Below are positions 40,126-56,939 of a stretch of DNA of 64,000 bases, in pieces; the first letter of the stretch is position 1; each line of letters begins with the position of its first letter. The position numbers were made by a program, and so were the translations under genes. Source of the stretch: the human T2T-CHM13v2.0 reference genome, Homo sapiens; NCBI RefSeq assembly GCF_009914755.1, contig NC_060930.1. One strand, 5' to 3'. The notes beneath the pieces are model-generated. The model ran no database searches and had not been told where the DNA came from. It was given only the letters and a program-made list of their open reading frames with translations.

Positions 40126-43100
40126 TTGACTGAGTTGTGATTACATGGAATTTCATGTCACAAAAATTTATCATGTATACATTTTGTTTGTTGTACTTTT
40201 CTATATGTATATTATACTTCTCAACACAGTGAAATAAGAACTATAATGGACAAATGTCTAGAAAAATGTAATTTAGCGAAATAGAGTCAAGATGAACTAG
40301 AAAGAGAAGTTGGAGCAAGACTGGAGCTGCAGTAGGCAGCCTAGTTGGGTAAATTCCACAAGCCCCCAACCAGTCAAAGAAAATGATATAGCAAAGAAAA
40401 AAATCCACGGACAACATTTCAACAAAACTATATGACATGTTATCTCCATAGATTCCAAAATACAAGTGGGTGCCATCAAATTTCAACAGTAATAATAAAA
40501 TGTGTGGCATCAGCAAAGTGCCCAACAATGAAAGCAAAGGAAAAGCAAAATGACTTTTGAGAATCCCATATATTGAATTGTTGACAGGTAGTCATCTCTG
40601 CAGCAGAGTCCCTGCTCAATAAAGCTCAGCAGGCCAATCTGCAAAGAGCAGACAAATCTAGAAAGAGGTTAAGTGAGAGTGAGGGGAACACAAAATTCAG
40701 GTGGTGCTGGAGGGATATGGGTTTATGAACTTTTGAAACTAACCAACTGAAGTTCTCTCAAGCTAGAATGAGCAAAACAGGGACAACAGTGGCTAAGGGA
40801 TGGTACAGATAAAAACTGGAGAAGGAGAGCAGAGGAGACACATCTCAGAAAGGTCATATTTTTAGCACTTCACAATAAGAACAGAAGAGGGAGCTCTAGA
40901 GCCATGAAACTAGGAGCGTCTCCGGACCCATACTTCCCTACTAATAATAGTTTAGGAAAATCCATCTTACTTAGTACTTGAGCAGCAGAAAATGGTGGCA
41001 GTTAAATCTCAAAGTATGTCACAAAGTTTTGTAAAAATCCACCTTTTAAAAAGGCAAAAGAAACCTTTATCAAACGAAGGCTTTTATTAAGTGTTAACAA
41101 TGTATCGTTACAAGATTATGTGACACATAAGAGACTAAGATGATGTTTTATGTGGCACTTATTAGCATCTATTGTTCTTTAGTTTTGATTAAGAAATAAT
41201 TTTATGCCAATATAACTACCATAATATACATAAAACTCAGAGTCCTGGAATTTTTGCTTGGTGGTTTCTTGTAGTTAAAATGCATCGCTGGGTCAAATAA
41301 AATATCTTAAAACACTTAAAGAAACTTTTGGTAATAGCAGAGAAGATAGAAGATGTTGCACAGTGATGGATGACAACATAAACCTAGATCTATTAAATTC
41401 AGGAGCTTGCATCATTAATGTCAGTAATTATTTCAAGCAGTGACTGCCCAGAGGAAAAGTGGTCTGTGCTGCTGCAGAAAACAGCAGAGCAATAGCTTTT
41501 GGCCATTGCACAGATTTACAACACTATAAAAACTGATTAGTTTGGGCTTTCCCATTCTTTCTTCAAACACCTATAGTGAGTATAATGGAATTGGACTAAA
41601 TAGCCAAAAGAAAGAGGCACATGGTTTTACAAGTGGCAGTTATGGGTAGAGTTTAGGTTCTGATTGAATATGAAGACTTTTGATACTGTTTCTAACTGGG
41701 CCCTAACTGAGTTCCCATTTTTGAAGATCCAGTTCTGAAACTCAGCCTACATTTTACTTTGCTTTTCAATTTCACTAGTTGGTGCCTCTTTATTTAAAAA
41801 AAGTATTTGTTTTTGTTAACTGTACAAATATTTGTCTGTCTAGTATAATTGCAGGAATTTATGTAACTGCCAAAGTAAGTCCTTTCAAAATGGAAGTTTG
41901 AGATAATTATATAGACTCAGATATTAAAAATATGTACTTTTAATAGTATCAGCAGTAATATTTTCAACTGAGAAGTGATTCCATTAAAACATGACAAAAC
42001 ATGATAAATCTATTAATAAAAACTCTGAAATAAGACTGTTACACAGTGTTTAATAATTAAATTAACTTTTTTACTGTTTTACATACTTGAATCCAATTTT
42101 CCTCCTAGCTATTAAAAGAAAAATCATATTTCAAATAAAACAGAAGCAAAATCTTTTGGCTTGTACTATTACAGTAGTCTCTTCATCTAATCTCCTCACC
42201 TCTGCTCCTTTTCTTACCCTAACCATCACCTGTTCTATTTCCAATATAAAATACCTTCCTGTCATATTTATCATTCCTCTTTTCAAAATCCCATCAATAT
42301 AATAGCAAGTGGGTTAAAAGATTTAATCCATAACAGCAATGAGGATTGAAGTTAGAAATATCAGAAGACCTAAGATCATGATGAATTTATGCAACAGGGG
42401 ATAAAGGGACTGTGTTGACAGATAAGCCAGGGATGGAGGTAGATCTTGAATAGATACAAAGAAAGATGGATCAAAGACAAAAGCTGTTCCTGGTATGAAG
42501 GACAGGTGAGGGAACTGTGGCATAAATCAAGATTGAGTACTTTCTGGAAACACAGAATATTATACTTAGGAAGAGCTAGTGCTCCCGGGTTGGGGCCTAG
42601 GGAGCATGGGTGAATGCATAGCTAATCTATCTGCTTGGTTTACATATACACAAAGTAAAATCTGCCATGGACAAGCTTAATACATATTTGTTGAACAAAT
42701 TAATAAATGAATGCAGAGATATTATTTCTATTACACACCAGTCATGAGGAAAATCAATGGCCTAAGCTGTTATCCTGGAAACACTGAGCTCCAGACCCAC
42801 AGTTAGAAAAATTTTAACTCCTCCAACTCCTCCCAAGAGACTAGAAAGGTTAGAAGGGAAAAAATACCCAGTGGCAACTTTTCCAAGGGTTCACACTATC
42901 TCAATTCCCAATATCAACTCACTATTGCTCCCATACCTTACATTTCCCAGCCTCAACCATTACTGCAGTTTATGACTCCTCTCCAGTTGCTCCTAATTAC
43001 TCAGTCAGGTGAGCGTTACCATCCCTGCTCCAGCTTATCACCTAGGAGCCATAGCTCCTTCCACCCGACAGAGAAATTTCTCTCTGTGTGACAGTGATTT

Positions 43101-44177
43101 CAATCCACGTTAGATAATTGGATTTCTAAGTGATAAAATTCTTTCATTCTACCCAAAGTAGCCATATTCTTTTAGGGTAAGTTGCATTTGTCAAGGAGCG
43201 GGCTAAAGAGTTCTTTGTGTGACACGCCCCTGCCTCCCATGTTTAGACTTACTCTAAAGCAATTACTTTGTCCCCTTGAGAGTGTACTGAAACTTGAGCT
43301 GTGTTTTGCCTTCTTTCTCCTGCCATAGTAAGAGACTCTGACCTGGTGTGGACCGACCATTATTACCCATGTCCCTTAATCCTGATATTTGCTCATACAA
43401 TCATCAATTACCGGCTTTCCTTGACTCTTCCAAATTGCCTAGGGAATCTTATGCACAAAGGAACCCAGCGGTCTGCTGAGATGACCAAGAATTCTTGAAA
43501 TGAATGGTCCTGTAAGGTAAACTAAATTGTAATTATTATAATTATATATTCAATACATTTAGAAGTTTTTCATTTGAAAAGCATACTGGCTATATTTTAT
43601 CACTAGAATTATTTTAGCAACAATTATTTCTTATAATTTAAAAGCAATGGAGTATAATATTATGAAGTTATTAGACTGGCTTACTCACATGAAGATATCA
43701 GTCCTCTATCTTTTTGGTTATATCATGTTATTTTGACTTCACATTCCTCACTTTCTTCATTTACTTTACATATCTAATTTTTTCACTGTGTTCATTGAGA
43801 ATCTCAAGTCAAGATGATCTTATGATAGCTCTCAGTGGCTTGAGCATCAATAAGTCAAAACGGGAGCTTTTACAGCTTTAAAAGTTGAAAGAATTTCTGT
43901 GATAAAGAAACTTGATCCCCCAAAATAATGAATTACAGTTGTAAATTTTGTATTTCTTGACATTTTTATTCCACTGCTAAAGATTTTACTTACTCTTTTT
44001 AATAATTTTTGTGTTTCCTTCCATGCAAATCAGAATCCCTAGTTTTATTTTTCATTTTTTCTTTTGTGTTCATGTAACAATTTGCTGACACAGAAACATC
44101 TACAATGTATATGCATACAGGTTTTGTTTAACAAAAAATAGTCTTATACACATACTTTTGTGTTTTCTTGCTCTCTC

Positions 44178-44368
44178 TTCATGTGACATGCAGGCTCTCT
44201 TCTGCCTTCCACCATAATTGTAAGCTTCCTAAAGTCCTCACCAGAAGCACATGCTGGCAGTGTGCTTTATGTATAGCCTAACTAACTATAAGAGAAATAA
44301 ACTTCTTTTCTTTATAATTTACCCAGCCTTAGATATTTCTTTACAGCAACACAAATGGACCAACACAC
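44178..44368 (+). mobile_element. MST-type MaLR LTR 3' half within an antisense L1ME fragment (~44040-44780)
   Basis: GCCTTCCACCATAATTGTAAGCTTCCTAAAGTCCTCACCAGAAGC...TTTACAGCAACACAAATGGACCAACACA. Confidence 0.75.
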
Positions 44369-46693
44369 TTGGTTTGTGCATTCAACAATATGGGGATCCC
44401 GTGAAGTGGGATAAAACTCTTAGGTCATTTGCTTTAATGGATGTGCCATGATTTAGTCAGCTCTTTTCCCATTCATTGATGGGCATTCATTTTGTTTTCA
44501 ATTTTTCCTGATTACAAACAATGTTGCCATAAATATTTGTTTCAATTTTTGATTTTTTCCTAATTACAAACAATGCTGCCATAAATATTCTGTACCAATA
44601 TATTCAGTACAGGTGCTTTTATTTCTGTGGGAGTCAATTCCTAGGGGGAAGATTGCTGAATCTAAAGGTACGTGTATTTTTAATTTTAATACAGGTTGCC
44701 AGATTGCTTTCCAACACTTTGCTTCTCTGCCAACTATACATAAAAGTACTGCTCTAGGTTTCCCTTCTTTTAAAGTACAGATTTTTAAATTTCTGTCTTA
44801 GCAAATTTCAAATGTTCAATATATTAGAAGGATTATTACTGATAATACTGCTTTCCATTAAGCACTGTTCAATATGAATTTTATGAATCCAAGCACTATA
44901 GTTTCTCTTCATTTTCTACCCTTACCTGTATTGGTAATTTTGTCATCAAATAAAACAAAATAACCTAGACAGATGGCCTTTCCTACTATTTTCCTGAGAA
45001 GCTAATATCATTAAAACTCAATTTACTCCCAAAGTTATTGTAATGGTTTCAAATCTTGCCTTGCAGTGTTTGAGTAAAGAATTGCTCCCCTCCCTACCTC
45101 TATGCTAACAATAATTTTACTGATGATTAGTTTTATTTATACTGAAACTAAAGAGAATGGGAGTAAGAAAGCAGATAATAACACTTCAGTCATAGTGGAT
45201 TCTCAATATAAGGGATGCTAATGAGCAGCAGTTTTTTAATATTGTTGATATCCAAAGGCAAACTGCTTGAGGACAGTCTTAATTCCTGTGTGTCATTTTT
45301 GAAGTGTCAAATACTCATTAAGTACTGGTTAATTATGATTATAGATCAGATTCGAAAAGTTCTCTTTTATTTCACTAATATATCTGTAGAAAAAGAGGTA
45401 GCTCAGGACTATCACATTCTCACAAATTATCTTAAAATAACATTTTCTTATTTAAATGGAATGTACATGTGTACTTATAAAATAGGTGACGTTTCCACTA
45501 ATAACACAATAAAAATATTGTTCCATCAGTATTCCACATTGTCTACAACTCTCACCAAGATTCCTTTTAATAAGGAAGGCAAAGGCAATTCATATTTTAG
45601 TATCTACTATGCCCACAGCCCTTACTGTTTTATAATCTCATTTAATAAGTTTATTTTGAAAATGCCAGTGGAATCTGGGAAGATCATCTGAAACTTTTAT
45701 CAGCCATCTGTGCCTCACTGGAAATTAAGCGTCAGTACCATAGCACAGAATATTAGAACCAATAGTTAGACAAGATGATCCCAATAAGTCATGTAGGTCA
45801 GTAACTCTTGTTTTACACCGGAAGAAACTGAGGCCTACAAACATTCAGGTGCTAAGATGAAAAGGTTAGTTCACAGTAGCAAGACTAGAATACACATTTA
45901 TTGACATTCTGTCTTAGTGTTCTTCTCTGCACTATCTAACATGATTAAACCTGAAAGGAGATTAAAGTTGAGTAAAGCTCTAGACTGCAGAATGTAAGAA
46001 CCGGGGTGTATTGGAAGGAGAACGGAAAGAAATCAATTGGTTCCCTAAGGAAAATTAATGGCAAATAAAGAGAAGGTAGGTGGGTGATGGAGAAGGGGTA
46101 CTGATAAATTCCTTACAGAGCAGTTTTGTCAGGGCCATCACAGCAGCTACACAGCATTTTAAAACAGCATTAAACCTATTGTCAAGATCCTCTCACACAG
46201 TAAAACTAGTATGGATGGGGGCCTTTCAAGGTTATATCCTTTCATCTACTCTCTAAAGCTGTTTTATAATAGTCAAGAGGATTCTGTACAGTGCTTTATT
46301 TCAGCTTTGCTCTCATTAAGGACTCATAAACTTAATTACTAAATATTCCTTAAGAAACCCAGCTTGAAATAATTACTTCATTAGAGAAATTTAGCAGTGT
46401 TCATTCTAACTCTCTTGAATAGATTCTTATTTTAGAGTTGCTGAAGGTTTTACTTGTCCTTTTATTCTAAATGCAAACCTTTCTCACCTTCATGTCGCTC
46501 ATAGAACTGCATTTCAAATACCATGTAAGGAGAAATTTTTAAAATACTACATGATGTCATTTTGAAGGCTATTCCAAATTAGCATGAACTACAGCTTAAA
46601 GAGTTCTAGATACATGTATTGTTGGTAAATATTATATAATATATGGTAAAATAAGAAAAGGAAAAGTTGGTTTTAAAAGAAATTGTGTTTCAC

Positions 46694-46863
46694 TGTGGCA
46701 ATTCCTTAAAGAACTAAAAGTAGCAATCTCATTACTAGTTACCTACCCAGAGGAAAATAAGTCATTATACAAAAAAGATACTTGCACATTTATAGCAGCA
46801 CAATTTGCAATAGCAAAAATGTGGAACCAACCCAAATGCCCATCTATGAATGAGTGGATAGGG

Positions 46864-46929
<66 letters not shown>

Positions 46930-47303
46930 TGGAATACTACTCAGCCATGAAAAGGAATGAAATAATGGCATTCACAGCAACCTGTATGGGATTGGAGACT
47001 ATCATTCTAAGAGAAGTAATTCAGGAACGGAAAGTCAAACATCATATGCTCTCACTCATAAGTGGGAACTAAGCTCTGAGGAAGCAAAGGCATAAGAATG
47101 ATACAATGGATTTGGGGACTCGCGGGAAAGGGTAGAAGGGGGATGAACGACAAAAGACTACACATTGGGTACAGTATACACTGCTTGGGTTATGGGTGCA
47201 CCAAAATCTTAGAAATCACCACTAAAGGACTTACTTATGTAACCAAACACCACCTGTTCCCCAAACTAAAATATTTTCTTGAAATTAAAAAAAGAAAAAA
47301 AAA
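46694..47303 (+). mobile_element. L1PB-type 3' end containing a (TA)n(CA)n microsatellite (46874-46926)
   Basis: TTCCTTAAAGAACTAAAAGTAG...CCCAGAGGAAAATAAGTCATTATAC...AAAGACTACACATTGGGTACAGT...GTAACCAAACACCACCTGTTCCCCAAA, A tail. Confidence 0.9.
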
Positions 47304-48485
47304 GTTTTTGACTACGGCATTTTACTCATAATAAAAATAATTATTTAATAATATTTGTCAAAAAAATAAACTGATTGTTAAACCTGAAAATTCTCTAAAG
47401 AGTATTAAATAAATCAAGTTAGGTCTAATATTAGCTACTGGAATATTAAAAGATAGTTGTTTTAAGTTTCAAGGTGAATTGCTGCATGTTACTCCTTTGC
47501 TGAAAAATCTTCAGTATTTACTTAGCCTACAGGAGAGAGTCTAAATTACTTGACCAATAAGCTTATCTTCTAGTATTTTTCCTTAAACAAATCTCCACCC
47601 TCGTCACAGGACCTTACTCAAGCTCCTTTCATTGCTCCTCTACAGCCTCACTGTCTTCAAGCTATTCTCAATATTCCCTCTCTGCCTCCATCCTGTGTGC
47701 TCCTCACTGTTTCGCTTTATTCCTATCCATTCCACATGAGCCAATTAAAATTCTGTTTCTCACTTGATTACTCAGCTCAAAGTAATGTCTCCTACCTCGA
47801 ATATTCCTATCACCAAATGCCCTTGATATACAGCTCAGGATATACAAAGTATGAAATTGTACCCTTACCTTTTGTGCTGCACATGTTTTATCACTCTGAA
47901 GCATACTATAAACTCCTTGCAAGTAGAGATCATCTTATATTTGATGTCCTAACAGAGTAGACTCAGATACTCTTGATAGATTGAAATTAGAGCTTATTAT
48001 CAAGGGATCCTATAATATGAAGGGTATGTATGTAATTTTCACGTGGAACATATTTTCGAGTTCAATCATTTTTGAGTTTAAATAATCACTGCTTCTAATA
48101 TCAAAATGAATTTAAAAATTTATCTGCATAGTATGATCACAATTTTGTCCAAATGTAAAGATTAAATTTCAGTTCATGAGAAATATTTTCTTAAATCTGA
48201 ATACAACATATCTGGGTGGTAGAGTTGTTGGAAAGACAAAATGTACATGCAGATATTTTGAAAACAATAAATCACTATACAAAGGTACAGAGCATACTGT
48301 CTTTTCAGTGTTGATGTATTAGGCACATACTGTCTATTCAGTACCTGTCACTTCTATTTCTTCCCTGTTTTTTGCATTTAGCAATCTGAAGAGAATTGGG
48401 CTTTATGAAATCCTGCTGAGCTCATGGCTGAGATATGGCTCCAGTATGGTTGAATCCTAATCAAGTTTTCTTCCCCAGAGTAGGG

Positions 48486-50937
48486 ATGGGGGCAGTTTCT
48501 CCAATACTGTTCTTGTGGTAGTGAATAATTCTCACAAGATCTGATGGTTTTATCCAGGATTTCTGCTTTTGCATCTTCCTCATTCTCTCTTTGCCTGCTG
48601 CCATCCATGTAAGATGTGACTTGCTCCTCCTTGCCTTCTGCTGTGATTGTGAGGCTTCCCCAGCCATGTGGAACTGTAAATCCAATTAAACTTCTTTTGT
48701 AAATTGCCTAGTCTTGGGTATGTCTTTATCAGCAGCATGAAAATAGACTGATATGGTAAATTAGTACCAGTAGAGTGGGGCGTTGCTGAAAAGATACCTG
48801 AAAATGTGGAAGTGATTTCCAAACTGGGTAACAGGCAGAGGTTGGAACAGTTTGGAGAACTCAGAAGAAAATTAAAAAAAAAACAAAAAACTGTGGGAAA
48901 GGTTGGAACTTCCTAGAAACTTGTTCAATGGCTTTGCCCAAAATATTGATAGTCATAGGGACAATAAGTTCCAGGCTGAAGTGGTCTCAGATGGAGATGA
49001 GGAACTTGTTGGGAACTGAAGCAACTTGTTGGGAACCCAGTGGGAGATAACTGAATCATGGGGGCAGTTTCTCCCATACTGTTCTCATGGTAGTGAGTAA
49101 GTCTCATGAGATCTGATGGTTTTATCTGGGGTTTCTGCTTTTGCATCTTCCTCATTCTTTCTTTGCTGCCATACATGTAAGATGGGGCTTGCTCCTCCTT
49201 GCCTTCCACCATGATTGTGAGGCTTCCTCAGCCACGTGGAACTGTAAGTTATATGACTCTTGTTACGTTTTAGCAAACAGACTGGTGGCATTTTGCCCCT
49301 GCCCTAGAGATTTGTGGAACTTTGCATTGAGAGAGATGATTTAGGGTATCTGGTGGAAGAAATTTCTAAGCAGCAAAACATTCAAGAGGTGACTTGGGTG
49401 CTGTTAAAAGCATTTCCATTTTAAAGGGGAAACAGAGCATAAAAGTTTTTAAAAATTGCAGCCTGACGAGATGGAAAGGAAAATCCCATTTTGTGAGGAG
49501 AGATTCAAGCCTGCTGCGGAAATTTCCATAAGTAATGAGGAGCCAAATGTTAATTCCCAAGACAATGGGGAACATGTCTCCAGGGCATGTCAGAAGTCTT
49601 CATGGCAGCCCCTCCCATGACAGGTGCAGAGGCCTAGGAGGAAAAAGTGGTTTTCTCGGCAGGGCCTAGGGTCCCTCAGCTGTGTGCAGCCTAGGGAATT
49701 GGTGCCCTGTGTCCCAGCTGCTCTACCCATGGCTGAAAGGGGCCAACGTAGAACTCAGACCATGGTTTCAAATGGTGCAAGCCACAGCCTTGGAAGCTCC
49801 CATGTGGTGTTGAGCCTGTGGGTGCACAGAAATCAAGGATTGAGGTTTGGGAACATCTGCCTAGATTTCAGAAGATGTATGGAAATACCTGGATGCTGAG
49901 GCAGAGGTGTGCTTCAGGGGCAGGGCCCTCATGGAGAACCTCTGCTAGGGCAGTTCAGAAGGGAGATTTGGAGTCAGAGCCCCCACACAGAGTCCCTGTT
50001 GGGGCACTGCCTAGTGGAACTGTGAGAAGAGGATCACCATCCTCCAGACCCCAGAATAGTAGATCCACTGAGGGCTTGCACTGTGTGCCTGGAAAAACTG
50101 CAGGCACTCAATGCCAGCCTGTGAAAGCAGCCAGGAGAGAGACTGTACCCTGCAGAACCACAGGCGTGGAGCTGCCCAAGACCATGGGAACCCACCTCTT
50201 GCATCAGTGTGACCCAGATGTGAGACATGGAGTCAAAGAAGATCATTTTGGACCTTTGAGATTTGAGTGCCCCGCTGGATTTCGGACATCCATGGGCCCT
50301 GTATCCCCTCTGTTTTGGCTAATGTCTCCCATTTGGAATGGTTGTATTTACCCAATGTCTGTAACCCCATTGTATCTAGAAAATAACTAGCTTGTTTTTG
50401 ATTTTACAGACTCACAGGGGGAAAGAACTTGCCTTGTCTTAAATGAGACTTTGGACTGTGGCCTTTTTGAGTTAATGCTGAAATAAGACTTTGGGGGACT
50501 GTTGGGAAGGCATGATTAATTTTGAAATATGAGGACATGAGATTTGAAAGGGGCCAGGGGCAGAATGATACGGTTTGGCTCTGTGTCCCCACCCAAATCT
50601 CATCTTGAATTGTACTCCCATAATTCCCACATTCTGTGGGAGGGACCCAGTGGGAGATAATTGAATAATGGGGGCAGTTTCTCCCATACTATTCTCGTGG
50701 CAGTGAATAAGTCTCACGAGATCTGATGGTTTTATCTGGGGTTTCTGCTTTTGCATCTTCCTCATTCTCTCTTTGCTGCCATACATGTAAGATGGGGTTT
50801 GCTCCTCCTTGCCTTCCACCATGTTTGTGAGGCTTCCTCAGCCACATGGAACTGTAAGTTAAATTAAACCTCTTTCTTTTGTAAATTGCCCAGTCTCAGG
50901 TGTGTCTTTATCAACAGCGTGAAAATGGGCTAATACA
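48486..50937 (+). mobile_element. THE1B-like MaLR provirus: 5'-truncated LTR (48486-48754), internal region, 3' LTR (50566-50937)
   Basis: LTR motifs GAGATCTGATGGTTTTAT...CTTTTGCATCTTCCTCATTCTCTC...CTAATACA; THE1-int start GTAAATTAGTACCAGTAGAGTGGGGCGTTGCTGAAAAGATACC; PPT GGGGCCAGGGGCAGAA. Confidence 0.93.
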
Positions 50938-51950
50938 ACTCTCTACACTAAACATGCTGCATCTGATCCTCAAACCTAAACATTTCTATATCTGTGACTA
51001 AATGAATCAGGAACTTAATCTGACCTCATCTTACATGTGTGGGTACGTGTAGTTTTCCTGGCAATCCTTAGCCCAACTGAAATATGTTTCTTCTATTTGC
51101 ACACTAAAGTGCTTTCTAAAATTCCCATTAATTTTCCAGTAAGAAGTAAGTTAATTTTCATTGTATGCAAAAGGCTTGGAAAATTTTTCAGTGTACAAAT
51201 GAGAACCTAAGTGTCAAAATGAAAAAAAAATGATGTAGAAAGAAATTCTAGGCTAAAGCTTATCATATAGAATATTCAAAATACATAACTGTCATCAAAT
51301 TTGAGTTAATTGATGAGACTGATACCCTAATGGCAATCTTTAAATGTCTCAGCCTTCACCTACAGAAACAAAGCTTCCTTGATACTATATATAACTGCTA
51401 GTCAAATAGTATCTACCATGTCCAAAACTGTTTGCTAATGGGCACAAATATCAATGAAACTTTTAAATTTAATTTGTGCTAGACAGCTTTGCCTCATTCA
51501 TGCACACTTGAACTCTCATATGAAATCTAATAAGACTGAATTAAGAACATGACTGCTAGCTAGGCATATCAAAAACTATTCAGAAAAGCGGGAAAACATG
51601 GGGAAACTCAAAGATGGTGACAGGGTGTTAATGCTTAGATGAAATAATATGATTTCAAACATTTAATGTAAGATTTATATTTCTTCTTCAGGTCATAGTA
51701 GAGGCTTTCCTCTTCACGAATTCAGGGATTTAAGTTTCCAAAGGCACCAAGGAAACAGAGAAGAGAGCTCATAGAGAAGCCAACCTGGTCTTTATTCTTT
51801 GGGCTACTCACTTTACAGTGGTTAAGCTGATTAGACACCCTGCAATATTCTTTGCCTAGAAAAAGGAAACTGATTGTTGAAGATTAGTCAGTCTTTACCA
51901 TACTCGTCACTTATTTTAATCAAGAATTTTTTCAACGCAAAATTATTTCA

Positions 51951-52240
51951 TGTCTGAGTGCACAGGCTCATGCCTGTAATCCCAGCACTTTGGGAGGCTG
52001 AGGTGGAAGGATTCTTTGAGCCCAAGAGTTCGAGACCAGCCTGAGCAACAGAGCAAGATCCCATCTCTACAAATAATAGAAAAATAATTAGTCAGGTGTT
52101 ACGGCAGGTGCCTGTGATCCCAACTACTCAGGAGGTTAAGGCAGGAGGATTGCTGGAGCCTGGGTAGTCAAGGCTGCAGTGAGCTGTGATCATGCCACTA
52201 TACTCCAGCCTGGGCAACAGAGTGAGATACCATCAAAAAC
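51951..52240 (+). mobile_element. Alu (AluJ-like)
   Basis: GGATTCTTTGAGCCCAAGAGTTCGAGACC; GGCTGCAGTGAGCTGTGATCATGCCAC (J diagnostics). Confidence 0.92.
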
Positions 52241-53064
52241 AAAATCATGTTAGTAAGCACCTCGGTGACAGTGAGATCCCACCAAAAAAAAAAAAAATAC
52301 TCTGAGGAAAATTAAAATAAAAATTTAGACAGTGATGAAGACAATTTGACCAAAAAAGTGTTTTCATTATCTGAGTATTTCCATTAAAACTGTAGATGAT
52401 TATGTTAGATGTTGTAAGAAAAAGGACTTAAAGATGCTTTTATAAAAAAAGATGAACTTTGGAATTTTAGGACAGGGCTAAATATAAATGTATTATTAAA
52501 TAAAGAACAGTTAACACATATTCTGATAGTACATCAATGCTTAAATCTTGCACTAGATGATTAAACTTAAACAGCCAGCATTTTAATGACTGTGTCCCCC
52601 AATGTATCTCAAATGCACTCTATTAGCAAACATGACAGTCCAAGTATTTCCATGGCACTTAGCACTTCATGGTGACTATTGCCAATAGTAGAATATAGGG
52701 TGGGAAACATGCCAAAGAAGTTAACTGATTTTAAAGGCTAAAATATTGCTCACATTGAAAATTCAGGGTTTCTGTAAGGCTAATTCCCTTGACCCTGTTT
52801 AAACTCACCAGATAAGTAAATACATTGTCACCTACTTAAGTAATAACTTTTTCCCTTTATATTATGCAAAAAAGTACATAAGCCAATTTTTCCACAAAGA
52901 ACATGTTAGTAAAATTTTATGTCATATAAAATCAAACATTTGTTTTACTTATCACTGGAGAATAGAAAACCACTCAAAAATACATTGCTAATCCATTATA
53001 CATTGACTTGGTCAACATCAATAAATCTAGAGAAAAAAAATAGCCTTTCATTTCAACTGATGCT

Positions 53065-55566
<2,502 letters not shown>

Positions 55567-56885
55567 TGAAAACCTAAATACTTCATCAAAAAACTATCAG
55601 AACTTATAAACAAATTAATTAAAGTTGCAGCATACAAAAATCAGTAGCATTTCTATATGACAACAGAGAACCATCCGAAAATGAAATCAAGACAGTAATC
55701 TCATTTACAATAGTTAAAAATAAAATAAAATACCTAAGAGTACACTTAACCAAAGAAGTAAAAAATCTCTGGAATGAAAACTATAAAACATTGATGAAAG
55801 AAACTGAAGAAGACACAAAAATTGGTAAGATATTCCATGTGCATGGATTTGAAGAATCACAATTGTTAAAGTGTCCATATTACCCAAGGCAATCTACAGA
55901 TTAAATGCAATGTCTATCAAAATACCAATGACATTCTTCACAGAAATAGAGAAAACAATTGTAAAATTTATATGGACCCACAAAAGACCAAGAATAGCCA
56001 AAGCTATCCTGAACAATAAGAACGAAACTGGAGGAATCAAATTACCTGACGTCAAATTTTACTACAGAGCTATAGTACCAAAACAGCATGGTACTGGCAA
56101 AAAAAAAAAAAAAGACACATATACCAATGGAACAGATAGAGAACCCATAAACAAATCCACACACCTACAGTGAACTCATTTTCAACAAAGGTGCCAAGAA
56201 CATAAATTGGGGAAAAGACAGTCTCTTCCATAAATGGTGCTGAGAAAACCAGATATCCACGTGCAGAAGGATGAAACTAGACCCCTATCTCTCACCATAT
56301 ACAAAAACCAAGTCAAATAGATTAAAGACTTAAAGACCTCTAACTATGAAACTACTAAAATAAAACATTGGACACTGGAGTGGGCTGCACAGGCAACCAA
56401 TGGAAAAATGGACAAATCAGATCACATCAAATTAAAAAGCTTCTGCACAACAAAGGAAATAAATAACAAAGTGAAGAGACAATCTACATAATGGGAGAAA
56501 ACATTCGCAAACTAACCATCTGACAAGGGATTAATAAGCAGAATACGAAAGGAGCTCAAACAACTCAATAGGACAAAGTGTGACAATCCAATTTAAAAAT
56601 GGGCAAAATATCTGAATAGACATTTCTCAAAAGAAGGCATACAAATGGCCAACAGGTATATGAAAAGGGGCTCCATCATTGATCATCAAAGAAATGCAAA
56701 TCAAAACTACAAAGAGATATCATCTCACCCCAGTTAAAATGGCTTTTATCCAAAAGACAGGCAATAAAAAGGCTGGTGAGGATGTGGAGAAAAGGGAACC
56801 CTTGTACTCTTGTGATGGCGGGAAATTAAATTAGTACAACCACAATATAGAACAGTTTGAAGGTTCCTCATAAAATCAAAAATAG
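55567..56885 (+). mobile_element. L1 (PB/MA-type) ORF2 fragment, lacking 3'UTR
   Basis: ORF 55871: [34 protein letters not shown]...PRIAKAIL...GGIKLPD = ORF2p. Confidence 0.92.
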
Positions 56886-56939
56886 ATATAATTTATAATA
56901 GCTATAATACTATATAATTATAATAGCTATAATTGATAG

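Noticed and set aside
45215-45691. 158-aa ORF in AT-rich DNA
   Set aside because: Ile/Phe/Lys/Asn-rich composition mirrors AT bias; no domain or splice structure
49818-50390. 190-aa ORF, and the 201-aa ORF at 53664-54269
   Set aside because: Remnants of the common THE1-internal open frame found in many copies; fragmented here
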